This document shows, in pieces, positions 1-10,446 of a stretch of 53,151 nt of DNA; position 1 is the stretch's first letter; each line of letters starts with the position of its first letter. Made by a program: the position numbers and the translations under genes. The notes below the pieces were generated by a model that saw nothing but the letters and a program-made list of their open reading frames with translations, had not been told where the DNA came from and did not search any database. Origin of the DNA: an uncultured Christensenellaceae bacterium (lineage in GTDB: Bacteria; Bacillota; Clostridia; Christensenellales; DTU072); the NCBI GenBank assembly GCA_964480195.1, contig CAYZOJ010000004.1:1-53151 (forward strand), in the 5' to 3' direction.

Positions 1-14
1 TTTTTGACTAAACG

Positions 15-45
15 AATTAAAGAGGGTTTGATACCCTCTTTAATT
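15..45. terminator. Intrinsic terminator-like hairpin downstream of the miaB...ynbB operon, possibly bidirectional
   Basis: 13-bp perfect inverted repeat AATTAAAGAGGGT-ttgat-ACCCTCTTTAATT with T-rich flanks, 41 nt past the ynbB stop. Confidence 0.7.
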
Positions 46-86
46 GTTTTGTAGGCAATATTGGTAAACGCCAATAAAATTATTAA

Positions 87-1316
87 TTATTTAATTAGTG
101 CGTCGATACATTCTGACAATGCGATTTTGAAGTGCTGATAAGTTAATCCGCCTTGCAAATATGCTATATACGGAGCTTTCACTGGGGCATCTGCGGAAAG
201 TTCGATTGATGAGCCTTGAACAAAGGTCCCTGCCGCCATTATGATTTCGTCGTCGTATCCCGGGGTACCGCAAGGTACGGGCAAGGCGAAACTATCTACG
301 GGCGAGGAAAACTGTATCTTTTGAATAAAGGATATAAGTTCCTCTTTGGTATTAAATTTTACAGAGCAGATGATGTCGTTGGGAATGGTGCCGGGCTTGG
401 GAATTACTTCGTAGCCGAGAGATGAAAGCGCGTACGAAGCAAGAACTGTGCCTTTAAGCGCGTTTGCGACTACGCTCGGGGCGAGGAAGAAGCCCTCGTA
501 AAAAGGCATATACGAGCCGAAATATGAGCCGATTTCAGTTCCGACGGACGGCGAGGTCAACCGATACCCGATTTGCTCGATTAGATCCGCCCTACCCGCT
601 ACGTAGCCTCCGGTCGGAGCAATTCCGCCACCCGCGTTTTTGATAAGTGAACCGGCAATCACATCAACGCCGACTTCAGTCGGTTCGCGTTTTTCGACAA
701 ATTCGCCGTAGCAGTTATCCACAAAAATTATGACGTTTGAATCGACATTGCGTATGGCTTTTACGACTTCGCCGATATATTCGACGGAAAAAGCATCGCG
801 AGAACTATATCCGCGAGAGCGAGTGAGCATAATGACTTTGGGATGTTTGGTCGAAATGAACTCAAGCACCGCTTTTATGTCGACAAGACCGTCGCGCAAG
901 GCGATTTCTTCATATTCGATACCGTAATCGGCAAGTGAACCGATATTTTTACCTCTAATTACTTCCGTAAGAGTATCGTACGGGGAGCCTGTTATGCTTA
1001 CGAGAAGATCCCCCGGACGCAACAATCCGAACAACGCAACGGTAAGAGTATGCGTGCCGGAAAGAAGGTTGGGCGAAACTATCGCGGACTCTGCGCCGAA
1101 TACTTTTGCAAATATTTGTCCGAGCGTGTCCCTACCCTCATCCCCGTATCCGTAACCGGTGGTGGGAGTAAAATGTCTTACCGCGACTCTAAACTCGCGA
1201 TAAGCGTCGAGAACTTTTTTCTGGTTAAATAAAGCGATATCGCCGTCCAATTTTTTGAATAACGGTTCTGCGAGTTTTTCTGCATTTTGAATGATGGTTT
1301 CCGTTTTAGGTAGCAT
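87..1316 (-). CDS. ynbB: Methionine gamma-lyase family PLP enzyme (YnbB / aluminium-resistance family)
   Basis: GYGYGDEGR, SGTH, VDNCYGEF, GSLIKNAGGG (PLP lysine) and AAGTFVQGSSIELSAD motifs; usual position after miaA. Confidence 0.85.
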   Translation of the reverse strand: MLPKTETIIQNAEKLAEPLFKKLDGDIALFNQKKVLDAYREFRVAVRHFTPTTGYGYGDEGRDTLGQIFAKVFGAESAIVSPNLLSGTHTLTVALFGLLRPGDLLVSITGSPYDTLTEVIRGKNIGSLADYGIEYEEIALRDGLVDIKAVLEFISTKHPKVIMLTRSRGYSSRDAFSVEYIGEVVKAIRNVDSNVIIFVDNCYGEFVEKREPTEVGVDVIAGSLIKNAGGGIAPTGGYVAGRADLIEQIGYRLTSPSVGTEIGSYFGSYMPFYEGFFLAPSVVANALKGTVLASYALSSLGYEVIPKPGTIPNDIICSVKFNTKEELISFIQKIQFSSPVDSFALPVPCGTPGYDDEIIMAAGTFVQGSSIELSADAPVKAPYIAYLQGGLTYQHFKIALSECIDALIK

Positions 1317-1328
1317 TCCGCGCCTCTT

Positions 1329-2246
1329 TTAGTGTTTATTTATGCTTTTAGCATTTTCTGCTATATATTTTGCGATTTCTGTCGCGGTGTTGTTTTCAAC
1401 CGCGATTTTAACGGCATAGTCGTATTTTTTATTATTAAACCAAGTTTCTTGTCTTTTGGCGTAGGCTTTGGTGTTGCGTGAAATGAGTTCACGCGTATCA
1501 GACAACGTTTTTGTCCCGTCGAAATAATCTTTCCACTCTTTGTAGCCTATCGCTTGCATGGATTGGAGGTCGAACCCGTATCCGTCGGCAAGCAAGTTAG
1601 CGACCTCTTTTTTAAGTCCCGAATCGAACATTTGCGATATTCTGAGATCGATACGTTCTCGTAAGCTTTGCCTTTCGCGTGTGATTACGTAAAAGTCAAA
1701 AGGTTCGTACGGCGTAAGTTCGGCGTGTTGTGAAGAAATGGGCTTGCCCGTAGAAATTGCAACATACAGTGCTCGTAATACACGCACTACATTGTTTGCG
1801 TGGACTTTTTGGGCGGTAATCTGGTCAAGGTCGTTTAATTTCGAATGCATATATTCGGCGCCGTGTGTTTCGAGTTCGGCACGAAGAGATTCTTTGAGTT
1901 CTTTGTCCTCTCCGTCGTTTCCGCCGTAATTCATCGAGTAAAGCAACGAATCTATATAAAGTCCCGTTCCGCCGGCGATTATAGGTGTTTTCCCTCGTGC
2001 GCGGATATCGTCCAACGCGTTTATTGCGCGTTCGCGCCAATCTACGACGCTAAAAGGCTCGTTCGGGAAAACGACATCTATTAAATGCTGTTTAACGTCG
2101 ATATGTGTTTCTTTTGCCGTGCCTATGTCCATTCCTTTATAGATTTGCATAGAGTCGGCAGAAATGATTTCGCCGTTAATAAGTTTTGCGAGTTCAATCG
2201 CAACGCCGGACTTTCCCGTTGCCGTTGCACCGCCGATTATTATCAT
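1329..2246 (-). CDS. miaA: tRNA dimethylallyltransferase
   Basis: GATATGKS P-loop, ISADSMQIY, GGTGLY, QAIGYKE, YAKRQETWF; start reassigned to ATG 2246, which overlaps the mutL stop (ATGA). Confidence 0.95.
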   Translation of the reverse strand: MIIIGGATATGKSGVAIELAKLINGEIISADSMQIYKGMDIGTAKETHIDVKQHLIDVVFPNEPFSVVDWRERAINALDDIRARGKTPIIAGGTGLYIDSLLYSMNYGGNDGEDKELKESLRAELETHGAEYMHSKLNDLDQITAQKVHANNVVRVLRALYVAISTGKPISSQHAELTPYEPFDFYVITRERQSLRERIDLRISQMFDSGLKKEVANLLADGYGFDLQSMQAIGYKEWKDYFDGTKTLSDTRELISRNTKAYAKRQETWFNNKKYDYAVKIAVENNTATEIAKYIAENAKSINKH

Positions 2247-4207
2247 ACCTTTCTCCTGAATAATTTTTCGAATTCGGATTTGGTGTATATGATTACAGTC
2301 GGTCTGCCGTGCGGGCATTGTAGAGGCAAATTGCCTTTTGCGAAGAAGTCCATAACGAGTGCTACGCCGTCGTTATCCAAGACGGTACTTCCTTTGATTG
2401 CCGATTTACAAGCCATAGTCGCGAACCTGTTCTTACCGATTTCGCCTATTGTGAGTTTTTGTTTTCCTGCCGACAATTCGTCCAAAACGGAGTTAAAACA
2501 GTCGTTTATGTCGAGTTTTTCGGCAAGAATCGCGGGAACACCGTCGATTTTTATTGCGTCAATACCGAATTCCGAAATGTCAAAACCGCAGGCATACAAG
2601 TCGGAACGGCTGTTTAGCAATAAGGCTATGCGTTCTTTCGACGTTTCGTAAATATAGGGAATCATCAAGGGCTGTATAGGCACGTTTCCGCTTTCGATTT
2701 CGGATACGAGTTTGTCGAACAATATGCGCTCATGCATAGCGTGTTGATCTATAATCAAGAGCTTGTCGCCGGATTCTATCAAAAGATACGTGCCGAATAC
2801 CTGCCCGACTACTTTATAGACGGGTTTGACGCGGTTTTCTTGTACGGAAGGCTCGTCGGATACGGGAAGCGTATCATTTAAGCCCTGCTCGTAGGTTTGC
2901 GACAAGTCGTCCGCTTGGCATATACTTTCATCTTTTATTTGATGTAATTCCGGTATTTCCGAAGACGTTGATACCATAGGTACGCCTACATTGCGAACGG
3001 GTGTATTAAAAATATTTGTGTTTTCGGCAATTTGGGTTGCGATAGTTTTACCGCGTACGATAGATAGCGCTTTACGATAATCCATCGAAGGTTTGCTTGC
3101 GTTGGGCGATTGTGTTTCGACATATATATCGGACTCCCCTATCGGAGTGAAAACGGATTGTTTTTGAGCGTTTTCTTCGGAATTACTGCCGAAATCAGCC
3201 ATTAGATTTTCTCGTTTTGTAAACTCGTAATTATCGAGAGCTTTGGATACTGCATTATAAATTTTACCGTATATAGCACGCGGATTTGCAAAACGTACTT
3301 CTTTTTTGCTCGGGTGAACGTTTACGTCGACATCGCCGAAAGGCATTACGATATTGATTACGTATATTGGGAAACAACGCGCCATCAACCTCGAACCGTA
3401 AGCGTTTTGGATGGTTGCGGTAAGAGTTTGATCTACAACGATTCTGCCGTTAAGCACGACGGTTTGCATTGTTTTATTGTTCTTGAAGACTTCCGGGGGC
3501 GTAATGTATCCGCCGATTCTGACGGAATCGTTTTCATCGGGGGTAAGTTCGATAAAACTATCCGAAGTTTTGGGCGGAAAAACCGAGTCTATCGCATCTT
3601 TAAGTCCGTTTCCCGACGAACTGTATATTAAAGTTTCGTCCGCATAGTATCTGACTGCGACGTTCGGATTTGCCAAAATGAACTTAAATATGAGTTTGCT
3701 GACGGTGTTCTCTTCCGTACTTTTACTGCCTAAGAATTTATATCTTGCAGGCGTATTGTAAAAGAGGTTGCGTACGGAGATTGTCGTACCCCGCTCTATT
3801 GCTATATCGCCGGTAGCGATTTCGCCGTTTTTGAATTTCAAGAAAGCACCGCAGTCGGATTCAATGTAGCGTGAGCGTATTTCGAAGTCGGATACCGCAG
3901 AAATCGAAGCCAACGCTTCTCCGCGAAAACCGAGCGTCGATATCGTATACAAGTCGTCGGCTGTGGTAATTTTGCTTGTCGCATGCGGTAATATCGTTTT
4001 GTGAAGCTCTTCTTTGGGGATTCCCAAGCCGTCGTCCGAAACTTCTATAGATTTAATTCCGCCGTCCAAAATCGACACCGTAATGTTGTTTGCCCCGGCG
4101 TCGACGGCGTTTTCCATTAGTTCTTTGACAACGGATGAAGGATTTTCGACGACTTCACCCGCAGAAATGCGATTATATATACTGCTGTCTAAAACGTTAA
4201 TTTTCAT
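2243..4207 (-). CDS. mutL: DNA mismatch repair endonuclease MutL
   Basis: GHKL motifs AGEVVENP, KELMENAVDA, TLGFRGEAL; DVNVHPSK; endonuclease motifs DQHAMHE, ACK, CPHGRP; clamp-type motif QPLMIP. Confidence 0.97.
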   Translation of the reverse strand: MKINVLDSSIYNRISAGEVVENPSSVVKELMENAVDAGANNITVSILDGGIKSIEVSDDGLGIPKEELHKTILPHATSKITTADDLYTISTLGFRGEALASISAVSDFEIRSRYIESDCGAFLKFKNGEIATGDIAIERGTTISVRNLFYNTPARYKFLGSKSTEENTVSKLIFKFILANPNVAVRYYADETLIYSSSGNGLKDAIDSVFPPKTSDSFIELTPDENDSVRIGGYITPPEVFKNNKTMQTVVLNGRIVVDQTLTATIQNAYGSRLMARCFPIYVINIVMPFGDVDVNVHPSKKEVRFANPRAIYGKIYNAVSKALDNYEFTKRENLMADFGSNSEENAQKQSVFTPIGESDIYVETQSPNASKPSMDYRKALSIVRGKTIATQIAENTNIFNTPVRNVGVPMVSTSSEIPELHQIKDESICQADDLSQTYEQGLNDTLPVSDEPSVQENRVKPVYKVVGQVFGTYLLIESGDKLLIIDQHAMHERILFDKLVSEIESGNVPIQPLMIPYIYETSKERIALLLNSRSDLYACGFDISEFGIDAIKIDGVPAILAEKLDINDCFNSVLDELSAGKQKLTIGEIGKNRFATMACKSAIKGSTVLDNDGVALVMDFFAKGNLPLQCPHGRPTVIIYTKSEFEKLFRRKV

Positions 4208-6861
4208 CTTTTCTTTTTACCTCCGGTCGGTTTTACCGATCTTTGGAGATTTGATAGTATCGTCAACGCTTGTAGCGGAGTGATAGATTCTATGTCTATG
4301 TCGTTGAGAACCGATGCGAGTTCGTTGTACTTATCGTCGTTTTCGAACATTCCGATTTGAGTGGTCGGCACCGCGTCGGAAGACGGATTGGCGGAAACTT
4401 TTGCGTTAAGATTGCCGTCTGAGTTTTCTTCTATCGCACTCATAACGCCTTTTGCACGTTCGATTATTTTTTTATCTATTCCCGCAAGGGATGCGACTTC
4501 TATACCGAAACTCTTATTTGCACCGCCTCTTGCTATCTTATACAAGAAAGCTATGCTTCCGCCGGTGTCTTTAATTAAGATATGGTAGTTTTTAAGTCCC
4601 GGTATACTGCTTTCGAGTTCGGACAACTCGTGGTAGTGTGTTGCAAACAGAGTTTTTGCTTGAAGTTTTAGAGAAATGTGCTCGACTATCGCCCAAGCAA
4701 TGCTCAGTCCGTCCAATGTCGAAGTGCCTCTGCCGATTTCGTCGATTATGAGTAGAGAATCTTTTGTGGCGTTATTGAGGATGTTTGCCATTTCAGTCAT
4801 TTCTACCATGAACGTGGATTGTCCGTACGCGACGTTGTCGCTTGCGCCGACTCTTGTAAAAATACGGTCGACGAGTCCGATTTCTGCATGGCTTGCAGGG
4901 ACAAAAGAGCCGATGTGCGCCATTAAAACGATAAGCGCGACTTGACGCATATATGTGGACTTACCCGCCATATTAGGACCTGTAATAATCAGTGTTCTGC
5001 TGTCTTCCGTAAGAATCGCGTCGTTGGGAACGAACTCGTTGCGACGCTTGAGAGCTTCGACAACCGGGTGTCTGCCGTCTTTAATAACGATATTTTTGTT
5101 TATGGAAGAAACTTTGGGTTTACAATAGTTGTTCGCGACGGCGACCGTGCCGAACGAGCAAATAAGATCGATTTCCGCTATTGCCGTAGCATTTTTTTGC
5201 AATATGGGAACAAGTTTTGCAAGATGCGTTTTGACTTCCGCAAACATTTTTGCTTCGAGAGCAAGCGATTTTTCCTCTGCTCCGAGTATGACTTCTTCCA
5301 TCTCTTTGAGTTCGGCGGTTATATAACGCTCCCCTGTAGTCAATGTTTGTTTGCGTTCGAAACGGTACGGCACTTGACCGAGGTTCGATCTCGAAACTTC
5401 GATATAATAACCGAATACGCGATTATATCCGACTTTTAATTGCTTTATGCCGGTAACCTCTCTTTCTTTTGCTTCGTATTCCGCAAGCCATTGCTTCGCC
5501 GAAGACTTGGCGTTACGCAGTTTGTCGAGTTCGGTATTATAGCCCTCACGGAAAACCCCGCCGTCTTTTAAGGTCGTCGGAGGCGTGTCGACGAACGCGT
5601 CGGCTATTTTGCTCGCGGTATCCGTAAGCGGATCAAGCATATTTCTTAGCGTAACGAGTTTTGTCGATTTAGCACCGGCAAGAGCTTTAATTACGGCAGG
5701 AATCTTTTCTAAAGAAAACCCTATCGCCTGAGCTTCGCGCGGATTTAGCGTGTTATAAGCAAGTTTATTGCATAAACGTTCGATATCCCTTATTGAACCG
5801 AGTGCGTCCGATAGAGATTCGCGCATTTTAGTATGTTTAACCAACTCGTCGACGGCGTTTAACCGTTCGTCGATATCCGTTTGATTGCGGAACGGTTCGT
5901 TGACGGCTTTTCGCAAAGCGCGCGCGCCCATATTTGTGCGTGTTTTGTCCAAAACCCATAACAAACTACCCGTTTTGCTGTGATCGAACAACGTTTCAGT
6001 GAGTTCGAGATTGCGCCTCGTGTTGTAATCGAGGAACATTCTGTCCTCTTCACGAACGATTCTCGGTGTGCGCATATGACTGAGTTTACGTTTTTGAGTG
6101 CCGATTATGTAATCGAGTAATCCGCCGAGTGCGTTTGTGGCAAGACCGTCAGCCAAACCCAATGCGGTTAGACTGTATACTTCGTAGAACTCGGTTATCG
6201 TTTTTCTTGCGTTGTCGGCGTCGAACGCGTAGTCATAATAAGTCTGAGGTTTTGGAAGTTTACCTATGGTAACCGCTTCCGCAGAACGTAGCTTGTCCAA
6301 AGCGATGCTGTTGCCTATGATTTCAGACGGCATTACCGAAAGGACAAAATCTTCGAGATCGTCGAATTTATCGAGTTCGGAAAGTTTGACTTCGCCTGTA
6401 GAAACGTCCGCCCAAGCAATGCCGACGCCTTTACCGCTTGCAAAAACAGACATAAGATAGCTGTTGGCTTGAGCTTCGAGCATATCGTCGTCCGTAATCG
6501 TGCCGGCGGTGATTATGCGCGTAATATCGCGTTTCAGCATTCCTTTTTGGTCGCCGGGCGCGGTGAGTTGTTCGCAAATCGCTACTTTTTTACCGCATTT
6601 GACGAGTTTTGCTATATAACTGTCTACCGCGTGATACGGCACTCCGCACATCGGAGCTCGCTCTTGAAGCCCGCAATCGCGTCCTGTAAGCGTCAAATCG
6701 AGGAGCTTACTTGCTTCGATAGCGTCCTCTTTGAACATCTCGTAAAAATCCCCGAGCCGATACATTACGATTGCGTCGGGATTTTCTTTTTTGATGGCAT
6801 CGTAATGCTCCATCATTGGCGATTGTCGATTTTGATTTTTGTCTTTTGTGTTTGCGCTCAT
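4204..6861 (-). CDS. mutS: DNA mismatch repair protein MutS
   Basis: GDFYEMF mismatch-binding motif, TGPNMAGKST Walker A, DEIGRGTST, FATHYHEL; C-terminal clamp-type motif QIGMF. Confidence 0.97.
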   Translation of the reverse strand: MSANTKDKNQNRQSPMMEHYDAIKKENPDAIVMYRLGDFYEMFKEDAIEASKLLDLTLTGRDCGLQERAPMCGVPYHAVDSYIAKLVKCGKKVAICEQLTAPGDQKGMLKRDITRIITAGTITDDDMLEAQANSYLMSVFASGKGVGIAWADVSTGEVKLSELDKFDDLEDFVLSVMPSEIIGNSIALDKLRSAEAVTIGKLPKPQTYYDYAFDADNARKTITEFYEVYSLTALGLADGLATNALGGLLDYIIGTQKRKLSHMRTPRIVREEDRMFLDYNTRRNLELTETLFDHSKTGSLLWVLDKTRTNMGARALRKAVNEPFRNQTDIDERLNAVDELVKHTKMRESLSDALGSIRDIERLCNKLAYNTLNPREAQAIGFSLEKIPAVIKALAGAKSTKLVTLRNMLDPLTDTASKIADAFVDTPPTTLKDGGVFREGYNTELDKLRNAKSSAKQWLAEYEAKEREVTGIKQLKVGYNRVFGYYIEVSRSNLGQVPYRFERKQTLTTGERYITAELKEMEEVILGAEEKSLALEAKMFAEVKTHLAKLVPILQKNATAIAEIDLICSFGTVAVANNYCKPKVSSINKNIVIKDGRHPVVEALKRRNEFVPNDAILTEDSRTLIITGPNMAGKSTYMRQVALIVLMAHIGSFVPASHAEIGLVDRIFTRVGASDNVAYGQSTFMVEMTEMANILNNATKDSLLIIDEIGRGTSTLDGLSIAWAIVEHISLKLQAKTLFATHYHELSELESSIPGLKNYHILIKDTGGSIAFLYKIARGGANKSFGIEVASLAGIDKKIIERAKGVMSAIEENSDGNLNAKVSANPSSDAVPTTQIGMFENDDKYNELASVLNDIDIESITPLQALTILSNLQRSVKPTGGKKKR

Positions 6862-8183
6862 ACTCGTTCTCCGTATAATGCCGAGGCTTTAAGAGAAGTA
6901 ATCTTTACGTTAATAAATTGCCCGACTTCTTCTTTTTCGCCGTCGAATGTAACTAATCTTCCGCATTCGGTTCTGCCACAGAGCTTGCCTTCGGACGGTG
7001 CGTCTTCGGCAAGTACTTCATAGACGTTTCCGAGATAAGTTTCGCTTATTTCGAGAGTTATTCTGTTCTGTAATTCAATCAGGCGCATAATGCGCGATTG
7101 TTTGATTTCGTACGGGATTTGCTCCATTTGCGCGGCTATTGTTCCTTTTCTCGGTGAATATACAAAAGTGAAAGCACTGCTGTATCGTACGCGTTCGGTT
7201 AAGTCCAACGTGTCTTCGAAGTCTTCCTCCGTTTCGCCGGGGAATCCGACCATAATGTCGGTTGTGATACCGCAATTGGGCATATATTTGCGAATGAGGT
7301 CAATCAAATACAGATATCTGTTTCTGTCGTAATGACGGTTCATTGCTTTGAGCACGCGATCCGAGCCTGCTTGTACGGGAAGATGTATGTTATTGCAGAA
7401 GTTTGGCGTTTCCGCAATAAGTTTTATTACGTCTTCGGAAAGATCCTTAGGGTGCGAAGTCATAAATCGTAGGCGGAATTTACCATCGATTTCGGCAATT
7501 TTCTTTAATAATTCGTAAAAATTCGCTCCGTCGGTGCGATCCGAGCCGTAAGAATCGACGTTTTGACCGAGCAGAGTAATTTCTTTGTAGCCCTCGGCAA
7601 GCAACGCTTTGATTTCGTCGATTATGGCTTCCGGAGCGCGACTCCTTTCTCTTCCGCGCACGTAAGGCACTATACAATAAGTGCAGAAGTTGTTGCAACC
7701 GTACATTATGTTTACCCATGCGTTCGGATATGAAGTGCGTGTTACGGGAACGTTTTCGATAATTTCCGGTTTTTCGTTGTTTTCGATGCTGACGACTTTA
7801 CCGCGGTGGCGCGCTCTCCGCGCGATCAGTTCGTCGATTTTTTGCGGGAGCAAATGCACATTTGTTGTTCCGAGGACGATATCTACAAACGGGAATCTAT
7901 CGGCAACGGTTTTTGCCATATCGTCTTGCTGTGTCATACAACCGACGATTGCAATGATCAAGGAGCGGTCGCGTTGCTTCAGCGCTTTGAGTTCGCCGAT
8001 ATTGCCGAAGATTTTGTTTTCGGCAGTATCACGGATGCAACAAGTGTTAAATACGATGATGTTTGCATTGTCGCGAAGATTCGTTGCTTCGTAACCGAGG
8101 GACGACAATAGTCCCGCGATTTTTTCCGACTCGTGCAAATTCATTTGGCAACCGAAAGTTTCGATGTAATAATATTTTTTCAT
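6858..8183 (-). CDS. miaB: tRNA-2-methylthio-N6-dimethylallyladenosine synthase (radical SAM)
   Basis: TFGCQMN, NTCCIR, CNNFCTYC radical-SAM motif, C-terminal TRAM domain; start reassigned to ATG 8183 (MKKYYY) because the longer ORF runs through the promoter. Confidence 0.95.
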   Translation of the reverse strand: MKKYYYIETFGCQMNLHESEKIAGLLSSLGYEATNLRDNANIIVFNTCCIRDTAENKIFGNIGELKALKQRDRSLIIAIVGCMTQQDDMAKTVADRFPFVDIVLGTTNVHLLPQKIDELIARRARHRGKVVSIENNEKPEIIENVPVTRTSYPNAWVNIMYGCNNFCTYCIVPYVRGRERSRAPEAIIDEIKALLAEGYKEITLLGQNVDSYGSDRTDGANFYELLKKIAEIDGKFRLRFMTSHPKDLSEDVIKLIAETPNFCNNIHLPVQAGSDRVLKAMNRHYDRNRYLYLIDLIRKYMPNCGITTDIMVGFPGETEEDFEDTLDLTERVRYSSAFTFVYSPRKGTIAAQMEQIPYEIKQSRIMRLIELQNRITLEISETYLGNVYEVLAEDAPSEGKLCGRTECGRLVTFDGEKEEVGQFINVKITSLKASALYGERV

Positions 8184-8190
8184 GCTATAT

Positions 8191-8219
8191 AGTATAGCGC
8201 ATGCGCGCGCAATAATCAA
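8191..8219 (-). promoter_or_regulatory. Sigma-A promoter of the miaB operon, leaderless geometry
   Basis: TTGATT-17 nt-TATACT, then 7 nt to ATG, no SD. Confidence 0.7.
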
Positions 8220-8248
8220 GCATAATCCCAAATTTTAGAACCATACTA
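8220..8248 (+). promoter_or_regulatory. Putative sigma-G (forespore) promoter of the class A PBP gene
   Basis: GCATA-17 nt-CATACTA matches the B. subtilis sigma-G consensus; 5 nt before the ATG. A sigma-E reading of the same elements cannot be excluded. Confidence 0.55.
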
Positions 8249-8253
8249 ACATT

Positions 8254-10446
8254 ATGAAAACAGTCGGGAAAATAGTCAAAATCACCGCGATAGTATTATT
8301 GATTATTGCAATTTTAATAATACTCGCAGGCGTTTTATATGCGATTTTTGCCACAAAAGACGTAAATCTTGATAAAAACGGACTTTTATTGTTTACTAAC
8401 GATTTAGTGCTGTACGACAGCGACGGAAATGAAATCGAATTCGATTCCAAGCTTGTTCGCGCCGTCGAATACGAAGATATTGCCCCTTGTGTCATTGACG
8501 CTTTTGTTGCTCTTGAAGACAAAAGATTTTTTAAGCATAACGGATTGGACTATATCAGAATTGCCGGTGCCGGAATAAATAACATCAAAGCAGGTTATTT
8601 TAAGGAAGGCGGTTCGACGATAACTCAACAGCTTGCAAAAAACGTTGTATTGACCCACGATAAGACTATCGAGCGTAAACTCGAAGAAGCAAAACTCGCT
8701 AAGCAAATTGAATCTCGTTATTCTAAGGAAGAGATAATCACGATGTATCTGAATTCAATATACTTCGGGCATTCCTTATATGGTATTGCTGCCGCGTCGG
8801 AAAGGCTGTTTGAGAAAAAAACAAGCGAGTTAACCGTTGCCGAGTCCGCGTTGCTTGCGGGAATAGTTAAAAATCCGTTAAAGAATTCGCCTCTAAATTC
8901 TGTCGAAAATGCCGTCGAAAGGCGCAATTTAGTATTAAAACTAATGTTTGAACAAGGTTATATATCTGAATCGGAATATGAATCCGCACTCGCCGAAACC
9001 TATTCTCCGCCTCCCGAAAAAGAAAAAAGTTCGATGCGTAACGCCTATCCGTATGCTGTTATCGACGAGGCGTGCGAAATACTCGGCATATCGGAAAAAG
9101 AGCTCATTACGGGCGGATATACGATAAGAACATATTGCAATTCGGAATATCAAGCTCTGTGTGAGAGCATATGCGCAAACGATAATCTAAAAAATTCGAC
9201 GGAAGAAAGAATGCTTTTACTTGCAGACAATAATTCTTTCGGTGTTGTCGCATATTGTTCGGGAATAGCCGATTCGCCGTTCGATTTCAGACGCCAGCCG
9301 GCGTCGGTTATTAAGCCGATAATCGCATATGCGCCGGCAATAGAACTCGGCTATATCGCGCCAGGGTCCCCTATCCTTGACGAAAGGTGCGATTTTGACG
9401 GTTATTCGCCTCAAAACTACAAAAATCGTTATGCGGGTTGGATTACGGCGAGAGAGGCTTTAATTAACTCTTCGAACGTTCCCGCAGTTAAACTTATGCA
9501 AAAAGTCGGAGTTAAGAATGCTGTAACCGTTGCCGAAAAGTTCGGATTGACTTTTGACTCAAACGACGGTTTGGCTTCGGCTCTCGGCGGAATGACGTAC
9601 GGGGTAACGCCTATTGAAATAACCCGTGCGTATTGTTCGCTTGCAAACGGCGGATCGAGCTCTGCACTCACATTTATTTCGTCAATTATAGATTCGGACG
9701 GCAGAATCGTTTATAGTCATACGCCCGCTCTCCGTCGGGCGGTGAGCGAAGAAACCGCTTATCTTGTAACGGATATGTTAAAAGACTGTGCGCGTTACGG
9801 AACAGCTAAAAAGCTTGCAAAATTCGATTACGAGCTTTGCGCCAAGACTGGTACGAACGGTACTGCCGACGGCAACTCAGATGCTTGGTGCTTAAGTTAT
9901 ACGTCGAATTATTCGTTGTGCGTTTGGTACGGAGCATTGAACGGTGCGCATATGAACAGTAATGTAACCGGCGGTTCTTATCCGGCAATGGCTTCTAAGT
10001 ACGTTTGGGAGAACATCGCTATTTCCGATAATTTTAACGTGCCAAACGGGATTATATCTGCAGATATCGACACATATGCAAGAAATAATTCTCATATTAT
10101 GACCCTTGCAAGCGAAAGTACTCCCGATTATTATAGGAAAACCGAGTTAATGAACGTTAAATTTACACCCGCCTATTCCGATTATTTCGACGACGCGCTT
10201 CCACACGATTTTAGCGTAAAATGCGCAGATAACGAGATAATTATTTCGTTAACGGCAAGCGACAGATTTATATATAAGATTTACGAACGCACCGACGGCG
10301 TCGTTGCAGATATACAAAAAGGTGTCGGACTTACGGAATTAGCCCTGCCGACGTCTTTCGGATTGAAGAGTTATGTTGTAGCGGCGTATACGACCGACGG
10401 TATAAAAGTAGCCGAATCGAATCCGAGATATATAATAGTCTGGTAA
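8254..10446 (+). CDS. Class A penicillin-binding protein (transglycosylase/transpeptidase), probably sporulation-associated
   Basis: N-terminal TM anchor; GT51 motifs EDKRF, GGSTITQQL, RKLEE; transpeptidase motifs SVIK, SSN, KTG. Confidence 0.92.
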   Translation: MKTVGKIVKITAIVLLIIAILIILAGVLYAIFATKDVNLDKNGLLLFTNDLVLYDSDGNEIEFDSKLVRAVEYEDIAPCVIDAFVALEDKRFFKHNGLDYIRIAGAGINNIKAGYFKEGGSTITQQLAKNVVLTHDKTIERKLEEAKLAKQIESRYSKEEIITMYLNSIYFGHSLYGIAAASERLFEKKTSELTVAESALLAGIVKNPLKNSPLNSVENAVERRNLVLKLMFEQGYISESEYESALAETYSPPPEKEKSSMRNAYPYAVIDEACEILGISEKELITGGYTIRTYCNSEYQALCESICANDNLKNSTEERMLLLADNNSFGVVAYCSGIADSPFDFRRQPASVIKPIIAYAPAIELGYIAPGSPILDERCDFDGYSPQNYKNRYAGWITAREALINSSNVPAVKLMQKVGVKNAVTVAEKFGLTFDSNDGLASALGGMTYGVTPIEITRAYCSLANGGSSSALTFISSIIDSDGRIVYSHTPALRRAVSEETAYLVTDMLKDCARYGTAKKLAKFDYELCAKTGTNGTADGNSDAWCLSYTSNYSLCVWYGALNGAHMNSNVTGGSYPAMASKYVWENIAISDNFNVPNGIISADIDTYARNNSHIMTLASESTPDYYRKTELMNVKFTPAYSDYFDDALPHDFSVKCADNEIIISLTASDRFIYKIYERTDGVVADIQKGVGLTELALPTSFGLKSYVVAAYTTDGIKVAESNPRYIIVW

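Noticed and set aside
2713-2750. MutL endonuclease motif ends in D (DQHAMHERILFD) rather than E
   Set aside because: Conservative change; the central DQHA..E, ACK and CPHGRP elements are intact.
5915-5930. GCGCGCGCGC run inside mutS (similar run near 11943 in the desulfurase gene)
   Set aside because: Explained by Ala/Arg codons in coding sequence and not in a promoter context. It does show that the background CG rate must be controlled in the spacer finding.
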